Source of the DNA: Mobula hypostoma
Lineage: Eukaryota
Direction: 5' to 3'
Assembly: GCF_963921235.1 (NCBI RefSeq)
Contig: NC_086097.1
Span: 236,780,001-236,844,000, forward strand
Length of the DNA: 64,000 nt
In this document: positions 23,904 to 37,700 of the stretch, in pieces
Position numbering within the stretch: the stretch's first letter is position 1
How the letters are laid out: the number at the start of each line of letters is the position of its first letter
The notes under the pieces: model-generated
Told to the model about the DNA's origin: nothing
Seen by the model: only the letters and a program-made list of their open reading frames with translations
Database searches by the model: none
Position numbers and translations under genes: made by a program

Positions 23904-25115
23904 TTACAAATATTAAATATTAAAAATATTTAAAATAGTTAAGATTAGTAAATATTAAAAATTTAAATTATAAATCATAAATAGAAAATAGAAAAATGGG
24001 AAGTAAGGTAGTGCAAAAAAACTGAGAGGCAGGTCCGGATATTTGGAGGGTACGGCCCAGATCTGGGTCAGGATCCGTTCAGCAGTCTTATCACAGTTGG
24101 AAAGAAGCTGTTCCCAAATCTGGCCATACAAGTATTCAATCTTCTGAACCTTCTCCCGGAGGGAAGAGGGATGAAAAGTCTGTTGGCTGGGTGGGTCAGG
24201 TCCTTGATTATCCTGGCAGCACTGCTCCAACAGCATGCGGTGTAAAGTGAGTCCACGGACGGAAGATTGGTTTGATTGGTTTGTGTGATGTGCTGCTCCG
24301 TGTTCACAATCTTTTGCAGCTTCTTTCGGTCTTGGACAGGACAACTTCCATGCCAGGTTGTGATGCACCCTAGCGCAATGCTTTCTACGGTGCATCCATA
24401 AAAATTAGTGAGGATTTTAGAGGACAGGCCAAATTTCTTTAGTTTTCTCAGGAAGCAAAGGCGCTGGTGGGCCTTCTTGGCGGTGAACTCTGCTTGGTTG
24501 GCCCAAGTCAGGTCATTTGTGATATTGACCCCAAGGAACTTAAAGCTTTTGACCTGTTCCACTTGCGCACCACCGATGTAAATTGGGTCATGCGGTCTGC
24601 TACTCCTTCTGAAGTCAACAACCAATTTCTTCATCTTGCTGACGTTGAGGGATAGGTTATTGTCTGCGCACCATGCCTCCTGGTTCTTAATTTCCTCTCT
24701 CTACTCAAACTCATCATTACCCAAGATACGGCCTTTCTCCATAACCTTTCATGCCCTGACTAATGAAGAACATATCAACCTTTGCCATAAATACATTCAA
24801 TGGCCTGGCCTCCACAGCATGCTGGGACAACAATTTCACCACCCCCTGGCTAAAGAAATTCCTCCTCATCTCTGTTCTAAATTGACATCCCTCTGTTCTT
24901 GGTGTGTGCCCTCTGGTCCTCATAGGAAGTGTCCTCTCCACATACACTCTATCTAGACCTTTCAACACTCGATAGGTTTCAATGAAATCCTACCTCACTT
25001 CAGCAAGTACCTGTACCAGAGCCATAAAAACTTCTCAAATGTTAATCCATTAATTCCTGTAATCATTCTCGTGAACCTCCTCTAAACCCTCTCTAATGTC
25101 AACAATTCTTTCTTA

Positions 25116-25827
25116 TATAACACGCTGGTTAAGATTTCTACTGCTACGCTGTAGGCATTTCATTTTAGCAATTTTCTGCGAAAGCAGTGTGTCCTGCATA
25201 GAGTGTTTTGGTTTTGGCTAGAGATAAGACACCAGTTGTTCAACTTAGGAATGTTGTGTCAGCCAATCAGGATAGAGGGATTGGAATGAGGTTTAGAGAG
25301 AGTGGGGCAGAGAGCGTTTTGTGATGTATAGTAGTCTGGTTTGGGGTCTTTTGGCGGGAGTTGCAGAGAGGGACAGAAGACATGATGCCACAGAATGCCG
25401 TTGGAAGGATAGTTTTCTTTGCAAGAAGTGCTTTGTGCAGACGAATGACTCCAAAGAGGAATGACAATAAGAGAGAGAGAGAGATCGCTCAACATGGTCT
25501 TTGAGGGGAGTTCGAATATGCGGCGGGTGTTTCTACTCAAGCCGTGGATCTGGCGCGCAAGAGATATACCCCGGAATACTCCATTGGTTATGTACATATT
25601 ATACTGGTTTAATTGTAATGGGCTCTCTTCTTTTCTTTTCCTGTTAACTGTTTGATAAAGCTGAAATTAGCAAATATGCTTTCTTTATAATTTTATGCAG
25701 TGTACAATCTGTTATTTCTTGCTGACTGACAATTCTGTATGGGCAGTTGCTCAAATTCAGGTTTCTTTAATCGGAACAACATGACTTCCCTGTTTGGTTG
25801 AACTCCAAATCATACTAACTCTAGACA
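25116..25827 (+). mobile_element. Solo LTR, 5' part (completed at 40307-40407)
   Basis: T(A/G)TAACAC...GTAACA termini, 4-bp TSD CTTA (25112-25115, 40408-40411); uninterrupted relative at 2310-2803. Confidence 0.8.
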
Positions 25828-27633
25828 CACATAAAAGTTGCTGGTGAACGCAGCAGGCCAGGCAGCATCTCTAGGAAGAGGTGCAGTTGACGTTTCAAGC
25901 CGAGATCCTTCGTCAGGACTAACTGAAGGAAGAGTGAGTAAGGGATTTGAAAGTTGGAGGGGGAGCGGGAGATCCAAAATGATAGGAGAAGAAGGAGGGG
26001 GAGGGATGGAGCCAAGAGCTGGACAGGTGATAGGCAAAAGGGATACGAGAGGATCATGGGACAGGAGGTCCGGGAAGAAAGACAAGGAGGGGGGACCCAG
26101 AGGATGGGCAAGGGGTATATTCAGAGGGACAGAGGGAGAAAAAGAAGAGTGAGAGAAAGAATGTGTGTATAAAAATAAGTAACAGATGGGGTACGAGGGG
26201 GAGGTGGGGCATTAGCGGAAGTTAGAGAAGTCGATGTTCATGCCATCAGGTTGGAGGCTACCCAGACGGAATATAAGGTGTTGTTCCTCCAACCTGAGTG
26301 TGGCTTCATCTTTACAGTAGAGGAGGCCGTAGATAGACATGTCAGAATGGGAATGGGATGTAGAATTAAAATGTGTGGCCACTGGGAGATCCTGCTTTCT
26401 CTGGCGGACAGAGCGTAGGTGTTCAGCAAAGCGGTCTCCCAGTCTGTGTCGGGTCTCGCCAATATATAAAAGGCCACATCGGGAGCACCGGACGCAGTAT
26501 ATCACCCCAGCCGACTCACAGGTGAAGTGTTGCCTCACCTGGAAGGACTGTTTGGGGCCCTGAATGGTGGTAAGGGAGGAAGTGTAAGGGCATGTGTAGC
26601 ACTTGTTCCGCTTACACGGATAAGTGCCAGGAGGGAGATCAGTGGGGAGGGATGGGGGGCACGATTGGGCAAGGGAGTTGCATAGGGAGCGATCCCTGCA
26701 GAATGCAGAGAGAGGTGGGGGAGGGAAAGATGTGCTTAGTGGTGGGATCCCGTTGGAGGTGGCGGAAGTTACGGAGAATAATATGTTGGACCCGGAGGCT
26801 GGTGGGGTGGTAGGTGAGGACCAGGGGAACCCTATTACTAGTGGGGTGGCGGGATGATGGAGTGAGAGCAGATGTACGTGAAATGGGGGAGATGCGTTTA
26901 AGAGCAGAGTTGATAGTGGAGGAAGGGAAGCCCCTTTCTTTAAAAAAGGAAGACATCTCCCTCGTCCTAGAATGAAAAGCCTCATCCTGAGAGCAGATGC
27001 AGCTGAGACAGAGGAATTGCGAGAAGGGAATGGCGTTTTTGCAAGAGACAGGGTGAGAAGAGGAATAGTCCAGATAGCTGTGAGAGTCAGTAGGCTTATA
27101 GTAGATATCAGTGGATAAGCTGTCTCCAGAGACGGAGACAGAAAGATCTAGAAAGGGGAGGGAGGTGTCGGAAATGGACCAGGTAAACTTGAGGGCAGGG
27201 TGAAAGTTGGAGGCAAAGTTAATAAAGTCAACGAGTTCTGCATGCGTCCAGGAAGCAGCGCCAATGCAGTCGTCAATGTAGCGAAGGAAAAGTGGGGGAC
27301 AGATACCAGAATAGGCACGGAACATAGATTGTTCCACAAAGCCAACAAAAAGGCAGGCATAGCTAGGACCCATACGGATGCCCATAGCTACACCTTTAGT
27401 TTGGAGGAAGTGGGAGGAGCCAAAGGAGAAATTATTAAGAGTAAGGACTAATTCCGCTAGACGGAGCAGAGTGGTGGTAGAGGGGAACTGATTAGGTCTG
27501 GAATCCAAAAAGAAGCGTAGAGCTTTGAGACCATGCTGATAGGGGATGGAAGTATATAGGGACTGGACATCCATGGTGAAAATAAAGCGGTGGGGGCCAG
27601 GGAACTTAAAATCATCAAAAAGTTTAAGAGCGT
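25825..27633 (-). mobile_element. Penelope copy D, 5'-truncated; hammerhead motif at 25885-25920
   Basis: RT and GIY-YIG ORFs 26639..27646 and 26212..26985. Confidence 0.95.
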
Positions 27634-27665
27634 AACTTAAAATCATCCTTTGCCTATCATCCTAA

Positions 27666-29350
27666 TCCTAGCTATGCCTGCCTTTTTGTTGGCTTTGTGG
27701 AACAATCTATGTTCCGTGCCTATTCTGGTATCTGTCCCCCACTTTTCCTTCGCTACATCGACGACTGCATTGGCGCTGCTTCCTGCATGCATGCAGAGCT
27801 CGTTGACTTTATTAACTTTGCCTCCAACTTTCACCCTGCCCTCAAGTTTACCTGGTCCATTTCCGACACCTCCCTCCCCTTTCTAGATCTTTCTGTCTCT
27901 GTCTCTGGAGACAGCTTATCCACTGATGTCTACTATAAGCCTACTGACTCTCACAGCTATCTGGACTATTCCTCTTCTCACCCAGACAACAGGAATTCTG
28001 CAGATGCTGGAAATTCAAGCAACATACATCAAAGTTGCTGATGAACGCAGCAGGCCAAGCAGCATCTGTAGGAAGAGGTGCAGTCAACGTTTCAGGCCGA
28101 GACCCTTCGTCAGGACTTCTTCTCACCCTGTCTCTTGCAAAAACGCCATCCCCTTCTTGCAATTCCTCCGTCTCCGCCGCATCTGCTCTCAGGATGAGGC
28201 TTTTCATTCTAGGACGAGGGAGATGTCTTCCTTTTTTAAAGAAAGGGGCTTCCCTTCCTCCACTATCAACTCTGCTCTTAAACGCATCTCCCCCATTTCA
28301 CGTACATCTGCTCTCACTCCATCCTCGCGCTACCCCACTAGGAATAGGGTTCCCCTGGTCCTCACCTACCAGCCCACCAGCCTCCGGGTCCAACATATTA
28401 TTCTCCGTAACTTCCGCCACCTCCAACGGGATCCCACCACTAAGCACATCTTTCCCTCCCCCCCCTCTGCATTCTGCAGGGATCGCTCCCTACGCAACTC
28501 CCTTGTCCATTCGTCCCCCCCATCCCTCCCCACTGATCTCCCTCCTGGCATTTATCCGTGTAAGCGGAACAAGTGCTACACATGCCCTTACACTTCCTCC
28601 CTTACCACCATTCAGGGCCCCAAACAGTCCTTCCAGGTGAGGCAACACTTCACCTGTGAGTCGGCTGGGGTGATATACTGCGTCCGGTGCTCCCGATGTG
28701 GCCTTTTATATATTGGCGAGACCCGACACAGACTGGGAGACCGCTTTGCTGAACACCTACGCTCTGTCCGCCAGAGAAAGCAGGATCTCCCAGTGGCCAC
28801 ACATTTTAATTCTACATCCCATTCCCATTCTGACATGTCTATCTACGGCCTCCTCTACTGTAAAGATGAAGCCACACTCAGGTTGGAGGAACAACACCTT
28901 ATATTCCGTCTGGGTAGCCTCCAACCTGATGGCATGAACATCGACTTCTCTAACTTCCGCTAATGCCCCACCTCCCCCTCGTACCCCATCTGTTACTTAT
29001 TTTTATACACACATTCTTTCTCTCACTCTTCTTTTTCTCCCTCTGTCCCTCTGAATATACCCCTTGCCCATCCTCTGGGTCCCCCCTCCTTGTCTTTCTT
29101 CCCGGACCTCCTGTCCCATGATCCTCTCGTATCCCTTTTGCCTATCACCTGTCCAGCTCTTGGCTCCATCCCTCCCCCTCCTTCTTCTCCTATCATTTTG
29201 GATCTCCCGCTCCCCCTCCAACTTTCAAATCCCTTACTCACTCTTCCTTCAGTTAGTCCTGACGAAGGATCTCGGCTTGAAACGTCAACTGCACCTCTTC
29301 CTAGAGATGCTGCCTGGCCTGCTGCGTTCACCAGCAACTTTTATGTGTGT
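27666..29350 (+). mobile_element. Penelope copy E, recombinant (E-type to ~28551, D-type from ~28664); hammerhead motif at 29255-29290
   Basis: Diagnostic SNPs compared with D and with 38570-40293. Confidence 0.9.
27984..28117 (-). mobile_element. 134-bp Penelope pLTR/hammerhead mini-insert inside copy E (duplicate at 38888-39021)
   Basis: Perfect 11-bp TSD TCTTCTCACCC (27973-27983, 28118-28128); hammerhead motif 28082-28117. Confidence 0.9.
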
Positions 29351-31780
29351 CTAGAGTTAGTATGATTTGGAGTTCAACCAAACAGGGAAGTCATGTTGTT
29401 CCGATTAAAGAAACCTGAATTTGAGCAACTGCCCATACAGAATTGTCAGTCAGCAAGAAATAACAGATTGTACACTGCATAAAATTATAAAGAAAGCATA
29501 TTTGCTAATTTCAGCTTTATCAAACAGTTAACAGGAAAAGAAAAGAAGAGAGCCCATTACAATTAAACCAGTATAATATGTACATAACCAATGGAGTATT
29601 CCGGGGTATATCTCTTGCGCGCCAGATCCACGGCTTGAGTAGAAACACCCGCCGCATATTCGAACTCCCCTCAAAGACCATGTTGAGCGATCTCTCTCTC
29701 TCTCTTATTGTCATTCCTCTTTGGAGTCATTCGTCTGCACAAAGCACTTCTTGCAAAGAAAACTATCCTTCCAACGGCATTCTGTGGCATCATGTCTTCT
29801 GTCCCTCTCTGCAACTCCCGCCAAAAGACCCCAAACCAGACTACTATACATCACAAAACGCTCTCTGCCCCACTCTCTCTAAACCTCGTTCCAATCCCTC
29901 TATCCTGATTGGCTGACACAACATTCCTAAGTTGAACAACTGGTGTCTTATCTCTAGCCAAAACCAAAACACTCTATGCAGGACACACTGCTTTCGCAGA
30001 AAATTGCTAAAATGAAATGCCTACAGCGTAGCAGTAGAAATCTTAACCAGCGTGTTATATAAGAAAGAATTGTTGACATTAGAGAGGGTTTAGAGGAGGT
30101 TCACGAGAATGATTACAGGAATTAATGGATTAACATTTGAGAAGTTTTTATGGCTCTGGTACAGGTACTTGCTGAAGTGAGGTAGGATTTCATTGAAACC
30201 TATCGAGTGTTGAAAGGTCTAGATAGAGTGTATGTGGAGAGGACACTTCCTATGAGGACCAGAGGGCACACACCAAGAACAGAGGGATGTCAATTTAGAA
30301 CAGAGATGAGGAGGAATTTCTTTAGCCAGGGGGTGGTGAAATTGTTGTCCCAGCATGCTGTGGAGGCCAGGCCATTGAATGTATTTATGGCAAAGGTTGA
30401 TATGTTCTTCATTAGTCAGGGCATGAAAGGTTATGGAGAAAGGCCGTATCTTGGGTAATGATGAGTTTGAGTAGAGAGAGGAAATTAAGAACCAGGAGGC
30501 ATGGTGCGCAGACAATAACCTATCCCTCAACGTCAGCAAGATGAAGAAATTGGTTGTTGACTTCAGAAGGAGTAGCAGACCGCATGACCCAATTTACATC
30601 GGTGGTGCGCAAGTGGAACAGGTCAAAAGCTTTAAGTTCCTTGGGGTCAATATCACAAATGACCTGACTTGGGCCAACCAAGCAGAGTTCACCGCCAAGA
30701 AGGCCCACCAGCGCCTTTGCTTCCTGAGAAAACTAAAGAAATTTGGCCTGTCCTCTAAAATCCTCACTAATTTTTATGGATGCACCGTAGAAAGCATTGC
30801 GCTAGGGTGCATCACAACCTGGCATGGAAGTTGTCCTGTCCAAGACCGAAAGAAGCTGCAAAAGATTGTGAACACGGAGCAGCACATCACACAAACCAAT
30901 CAAACCAATCTTCCGTCCGTGGACTCACTTTACACCGCATGCTGTTGGAGCAGTGCTGCCAGGATAATCAAGGACCTGACCCACCCAGCCAACAGACTTT
31001 TCATCCCTCTTCCCTCCGGGAGAAGGTTCAGAAGATTGAATACTTGTATGGCCAGATTTGGGAACAGCTTCTTTCCAACTGTGATAAGACTGCTGAACGG
31101 ATCCTGACCCAGATCTGGGCCGTACCCTCCAAATATCCGGACCTGCCTCTCAGTTTTTTTGCACTACCTTACTTCCCATTTTTCTATTTTCTATTTATGA
31201 TTTATAATTTAAATTTTTAATATTTACTAATCTTAACTATTTTAAATATTTTTAATATTTAATATTTGTAATAGAAACCATAGAAACCATAGAAAAACTA
31301 CAGTATAGAAAACAGGCCTTTTGGCCCTTCTTGGCTGTGCCGAACCATTTTCTGCCTAGTTCCACTGACCTGCACACAGACCATATCCCTCCATACACCT
31401 CTCATCCATGTATCTGTCCAATTTATTCTTAAAAGTTAAAAAAGAACTCGCATTTACCACCTCGTCTGGCAGTTTATTCCATACTCCCACAACTCTCTGT
31501 GTGAAGAAGCCCCCCTAATCTTCCCTTTAAACATTTCCCCCCTCACCCTGAACCCATTTTCCCCCCTCACCCTTAACCCATGTCCTCTGGTTTTTTTCTC
31601 CCCTTGCCTCAGTGGAAAAAGCCTGCTTGCATTCACTCTATCTATACCCATCATAATTTTATATACCTCTATCAAATCTCCCCTCATTCTTCTACGCTCC
31701 AGGGAATAAAGTCCTAACCTTCTCTGTAACTGAGTTTCTCAAGTCCCGGCAACATCCTTGTAAACCTTCTCTGCACTCTT
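28600..31780 (-). repeat. Inverted copy of ~23395-26575 (middle copy of a triplication)
   Basis: Mirror ORF coordinates sum to 55175 (24068+31107, 23488+31687, 26212+28963). Confidence 0.95.
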
Positions 31781-34700
31781 TCAACCTTATTTATATCCTT
31801 CCTGTAATTTGGTGACCAAAACTGAACACAATACTCCAGATTCGGCCTCACCAATGCCTTATACAACCTCATCATAACATTCCAGCTCTTATACTCAATA
31901 CTTTGATTAATAAAGGCCAATGTACATAAAGCTCTCTTTACGACCCTACCTACCTGTGACGCCACTTTTAGGGAATTTTGTATCTGTATTCCCAGATCTC
32001 TCTGTTCCACTGCACTCCTCAGTGTCTTACCATTAACCCTGTATGTTCTACCTCCGTTTGTCCTTCCAACGTGCAATACCTCACACTTGTCTGTATTAAA
32101 CTCCATCTGCCATTTTTCAGCCCATTTTTCCAGCTGGTCCAAGTCCCTCTGCAGGCTCTGAAAACCTTCCTCATTATCTACTACACCTCCAATCTTTGTA
32201 TCATCAGCAAATTTGCTGATCCAATTTACCACATTATCTTCCAGATCATTGATATAGATGACAAATAACAATGGACCCAGCACTGATCCCTGTGGCACAC
32301 CACTAGTCACAGGCCTCCACTCAAAGAAGCAATTCTCTACCACCACTCTTTGGCTTCTTCCATTGAGCCAATGTCTAATCCAATTTACCACCTCTCCATG
32401 TATACCTAGCGACTGAATTTTCCTAACTAACCTCCCATGCGGGACCTTGTCAAAGGCCTTACTGAAGTCCATGTAGACAATATCCACTGCCTTCCCTTCA
32501 TCCACTTTCCTGGTAACCTCCTCAAAAAACTCCAATAGATTGGTCAAACATGACCTACCATGCACAAAGCCATGTTGACTCTCCCTAATAAGCGCCTGTC
32601 TATCCAAATGCTTGTAGATTCTGTCTCTTAGTACTCCCTCCAATAACTTACCTACTACCGACGTTAAACTTACTGGCCTATAATTTCCCGGATTACTTTT
32701 CGATCCTTTTTTTAAACAACGGAACAACATGAGCCACTCTCCAATCCTCCGGCACCTCACCTGTAGACAGCGACATTTTAAATATTTCTGCCAGGGCCCC
32801 TGCAATTTCAACACTAGTCTCCTTCAAGGTCCGAGGGAACACCCTGTCAGGTCCCGGGTATTTATCCACTTTAATTTTCCTCAAGACAGCAAGGACCTCC
32901 TCCTTTTCGATCTGTACAGTTTCCATGATCTCACTACTTGTTTCCCTTAATTCCATAGACTTCATGCCAGTTTCCCTAGTAAATACAGACGCAAAAAACC
33001 TATTTAAGATCTCCCCCATTTCCTTTGGTTCCGCACATAGCCGACCACTCTGATCTTCAAGAGGACCAATTTTATCCCTTACAATCCTTTTGCTCTTAAT
33101 ATACCTGTAAAAGCTCTTTGGATTATCCTTCTCTTTGACTGCCAAGGCAACCTTATGTCTTTTAGCCCTCCTGATTTCTTTCTTAAGTATTTTCTTGCAC
33201 TTCTTATACTCCTCAAGCACCTTATTTACTCCCTGCTTCCTATACATGTCATACAACTCCCTCTTCTTCTTTATCAGAGTTGCAATATCCCTTAAGAACC
33301 AAGGTTCCTTATTCCTACTCACTTTGCCTTTAATCCTGACAGGAACATACAAATTCTGCACTCTCAAAATTTCTCCTTTGAAGGCTTCCCACCTACTGAT
33401 CACATCCTTGCCAGAGAACAACCTGTCCCAATCCACGCTTTTTAGATCCTTTCTCATTTCTTCAAATTTGGCCTTCTTCCAGTTCAGAACCTCAACCCTA
33501 GGACCAGATCTATCCTTGTCCATGATCAAGTTGAAACTAATGGTCTTATAATCACTGGAACCAAAGTGCTCCCCTACACAGACTTCAGTCACTTGTCCTA
33601 ACTCGTTTCCCAACAGGAGATCCAATATTGCATCCCCTCTAGTTGGTCCCTCTATATATTGATTTAGAAAACTTTCCTGAACACATTTTACAAACTCTGA
33701 ACCATATAGACCCCTAACAGTATGGGAGTCCCAATCAATATATGGAAAATTAAAATCCCCTACCACCACAACCACCACCACAATGTTATGATGAGGTTGT
33801 ATAAGGCATTGTTGAGGCCAAATCTAGAGTATTGTGTTCAGTTTTGGTCACCAAATTGGATCAGCAAGTTTGCTGATGATACATAGATTGGAGGTGTAGT
33901 AGACAGTGAGGAAGGTTTTCAGAGCCTGCAGAGGGACTTGGACCAGCTGGAAAAATGGGCTGAAAAATGGCAGATGGAGTTTAATACTGACAAGTGTGAG
34001 GTATTGCACGTTGGAAGGACAAATCGACGTAGAACATACAGGGTTAATGGTAAGGCACTGAGGAGTGCAGTGGAACAGAGGGATCTGGGAATACAGATAC
34101 AAAATTCCCTAAAAGTGTCGTCACAGGTAGATAGGGTTGTAAAGAGAGCTTTTGGTACATTGGCCTTTATTAATCGTAGTATTAGAGTAAGAGCTGGAAT
34201 GTTATGATGAGGTTGTATAAGGCATTGGTGAGGCCGAATCTGGAGTATTGTGTTCAGTTTTGGTCACCAAATTACAGGAAGGATATAAATAAGGTTGAAA
34301 GAGTGCAGAGAAGGTTTACAAGGATGTTGCCGGGACTTGAGAAACTCAGTTACAGAGAAGGTTAGGACTTTATTCCCTGGAGCGTAGAAGAATGAGGGGA
34401 GATTTGATAGAGGTATATAAAATTATGATGGGTATAGATAGAGTGAATGCAAGCAGGCTTTTTCCACTGAGGCAAGGGGAGAAAAAAACCAGAGGACATG
34501 GGTTAAGGGTGAGGGGGGAAAATGGGTTCAGGGTGAGGGGGGAAATGTTTAAAGGGAAGATTAGGGGGGCTTCTTCACACAGAGAGTTGTGGGAGTATGG
34601 AATAAACTGCCAGACGAGGTGGTAAATGCGAGTTCTTTTTTAACTTTTAAGAATAAATTGGACAGATACATGGATGAGAGGTGTATGGAGGGATATGGTC

Positions 34701-37700
34701 TGTGTGCAGGTCAGTGGAACTAGGCAGAAAATGGTTCGGCACAGCCAAGAAGGGCCAAAAGGCCTGTTTTCTATACTGTAGTTTTTCTATGGTTTCTATG
34801 GTTTCTATTACAAATATTAAATATTAAAAATATTTAAAATAGTTAAGATTAGTAAATATTAAAAATTTAAATTATAAATCATAAATAGAAAATAGAAAAA
34901 TGGGAAGTAAGGTAGTGCAAAAAAACTGAGAGGCAGGTCCGGATATTTGGAGGGTACGGCCCAGATCTGGGTCAGGATCCGTTCAGCAGTCTTATCACAG
35001 TTGGAAAGAAGCTGTTCCCAAATCTGGCCATACAAGTATTCAATCTTCTGAACCTTCTCCCGGAGGGAAGAGGGATGAAAAGTCTGTTGGCTGGGTGGGT
35101 CAGGTCCTTGATTATCCTGGCAGCACTGCTCCAACAGCATGCGGTGTAAAGTGAGTCCACGGACGGAAGATTGGTTTGATTGGTTTGTGTGATGTGCTGC
35201 TCCGTGTTCACAATCTTTTGCAGCTTCTTTCGGTCTTGGACAGGACAACTTCCATGCCAGGTTGTGATGCACCCTAGCGCAATGCTTTCTACGGTGCATC
35301 CATAAAAATTAGTGAGGATTTTAGAGGACAGGCCAAATTTCTTTAGTTTTCTCAGGAAGCAAAGGCGCTGGTGGGCCTTCTTGGCGGTGAACTCTGCTTG
35401 GTTGGCCCAAGTCAGGTCATTTGTGATATTGACCCCAAGGAACTTAAAGCTTTTGACCTGTTCCACTTGCGCACCACCGATGTAAATTGGGTCATGCGGT
35501 CTGCTACTCCTTCTGAAGTCAACAACCAATTTCTTCATCTTGCTGACGTTGAGGGATAGGTTATTGTCTGCGCACCATGCCTCCTGGTTCTTAATTTCCT
35601 CTCTCTACTCAAACTCATCATTACCCAAGATACGGCCTTTCTCCATAACCTTTCATGCCCTGACTAATGAAGAACATATCAACCTTTGCCATAAATACAT
35701 TCAATGGCCTGGCCTCCACAGCATGCTGGGACAACAATTTCACCACCCCCTGGCTAAAGAAATTCCTCCTCATCTCTGTTCTAAATTGACATCCCTCTGT
35801 TCTTGGTGTGTGCCCTCTGGTCCTCATAGGAAGTGTCCTCTCCACATACACTCTATCTAGACCTTTCAACACTCGATAGGTTTCAATGAAATCCTACCTC
35901 ACTTCAGCAAGTACCTGTACCAGAGCCATAAAAACTTCTCAAATGTTAATCCATTAATTCCTGTAATCATTCTCGTGAACCTCCTCTAAACCCTCTCTAA
36001 TGTCAACAATTCTTTCTTATATAACACGCTGGTTAAGATTTCTACTGCTACGCTGTAGGCATTTCATTTTAGCAATTTTCTGCGAAAGCAGTGTGTCCTG
36101 CATAGAGTGTTTTGGTTTTGGCTAGAGATAAGACACCAGTTGTTCAACTTAGGAATGTTGTGTCAGCCAATCAGGATAGAGGGATTGGAATGAGGTTTAG
36201 AGAGAGTGGGGCAGAGAGCGTTTTGTGATGTATAGTAGTCTGGTTTGGGGTCTTTTGGCGGGAGTTGCAGAGAGGGACAGAAGACATGATGCCACAGAAT
36301 GCCGTTGGAAGGATAGTTTTCTTTGCAAGAAGTGCTTTGTGCAGACGAATGACTCCAAAGAGGAATGACAATAAGAGAGAGAGAGAGATCGCTCAACATG
36401 GTCTTTGAGGGGAGTTCGAATATGCGGCGGGTGTTTCTACTCAAGCCGTGGATCTGGCGCGCAAGAGATATACCCCGGAATACTCCATTGGTTATGTACA
36501 TATTATACTGGTTTAATTGTAATGGGCTCTCTTCTTTTCTTTTCCTGTTAACTGTTTGATAAAGCTGAAATTAGCAAATATGCTTTCTTTATAATTTTAT
36601 GCAGTGTACAATCTGTTATTTCTTGCTGACTGACAATTCTGTATGGGCAGTTGCTCAAATTCAGGTTTCTTTAATCGGAACAACATGACTTCCCTGTTTG
36701 GTTGAACTCCAAATCATACTAACTCTAGACACACATAAAAGTTGCTGGTGAACGCAGCAGGCCAGGCAGCATCTCTAGGAAGAGGTGCAGTTGACGTTTC
36801 AAGCCGAGATCCTTCGTCAGGACTAACTGAAGGAAGAGTGAGTAAGGGATTTGAAAGTTGGAGGGGGAGCGGGAGATCCAAAATGATAGGAGAAGAAGGA
36901 GGGGGAGGGATGGAGCCAAGAGCTGGACAGGTGATAGGCAAAAGGGATACGAGAGGATCATGGGACAGGAGGTCCGGGAAGAAAGACAAGGAGGGGGGAC
37001 CCAGAGGATGGGCAAGGGGTATATTCAGAGGGACAGAGGGAGAAAAAGAAGAGTGAGAGAAAGAATGTGTGTATAAAAATAAGTAACAGATGGGGTACGA
37101 GGGGGAGGTGGGGCATTAGCGGAAGTTAGAGAAGTCGATGTTCATGCCATCAGGTTGGAGGCTACCCAGACGGAATATAAGGTGTTGTTCCTCCAACCTG
37201 AGTGTGGCTTCATCTTTACAGTAGAGGAGGCCGTAGATAGACATGTCAGAATGGGAATGGGATGTAGAATTAAAATGTGTGGCCACTGGGAGATCCTGCT
37301 TTCTCTGGCGGACAGAGCGTAGGTGTTCAGCAAAGCGGTCTCCCAGTCTGTGTCGGGTCTCGCCAATATATAAAAGGCCACATCGGGAGCACCGGACGCA
37401 GTATATCACCCCAGCCGACTCACAGGTGAAGTGTTGCCTCACCTGGAAGGACTGTTTGGGGCCCTGAATGGTGGTAAGGGAGGAAGTGTAAGGGCATGTG
37501 TAGCACTTGTTCCGCTTACACGGATAAGTGCCAGGAGGGAGATCAGTGGGGAGGGATGGGGGGCACGATTGGGCAAGGGAGTTGCATAGGGAGCGATCCC
37601 TGCAGAATGCAGAGAGAGGTGGGGGAGGGAAAGATGTGCTTAGTGGTGGGATCCCGTTGGAGGTGGCGGAAGTTACGGAGAATAATATGTTGGACCCGGA

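Larger units (their letters stand above)
20276..24730 (-). mobile_element. Rex1/RTE-type LINE, 5'-truncated; 3' UTR split by CR1s (tail 20276-20364, body 23904-24730)
   Basis: ORF 24068..24634 KKLVVDFR..FKFLGV..SFFPTVIRLLN; aataaag(tataaag) tail; ccttt repeated at both flanks. Confidence 0.8.

Noticed and set aside
27926..28963. 345-aa ORF as a stand-alone GIY-YIG protein with a novel N-terminus
   Set aside because: The N-terminus is out-of-frame RT plus the antisense mini-insert, a by-product of the 145-nt frameshift.
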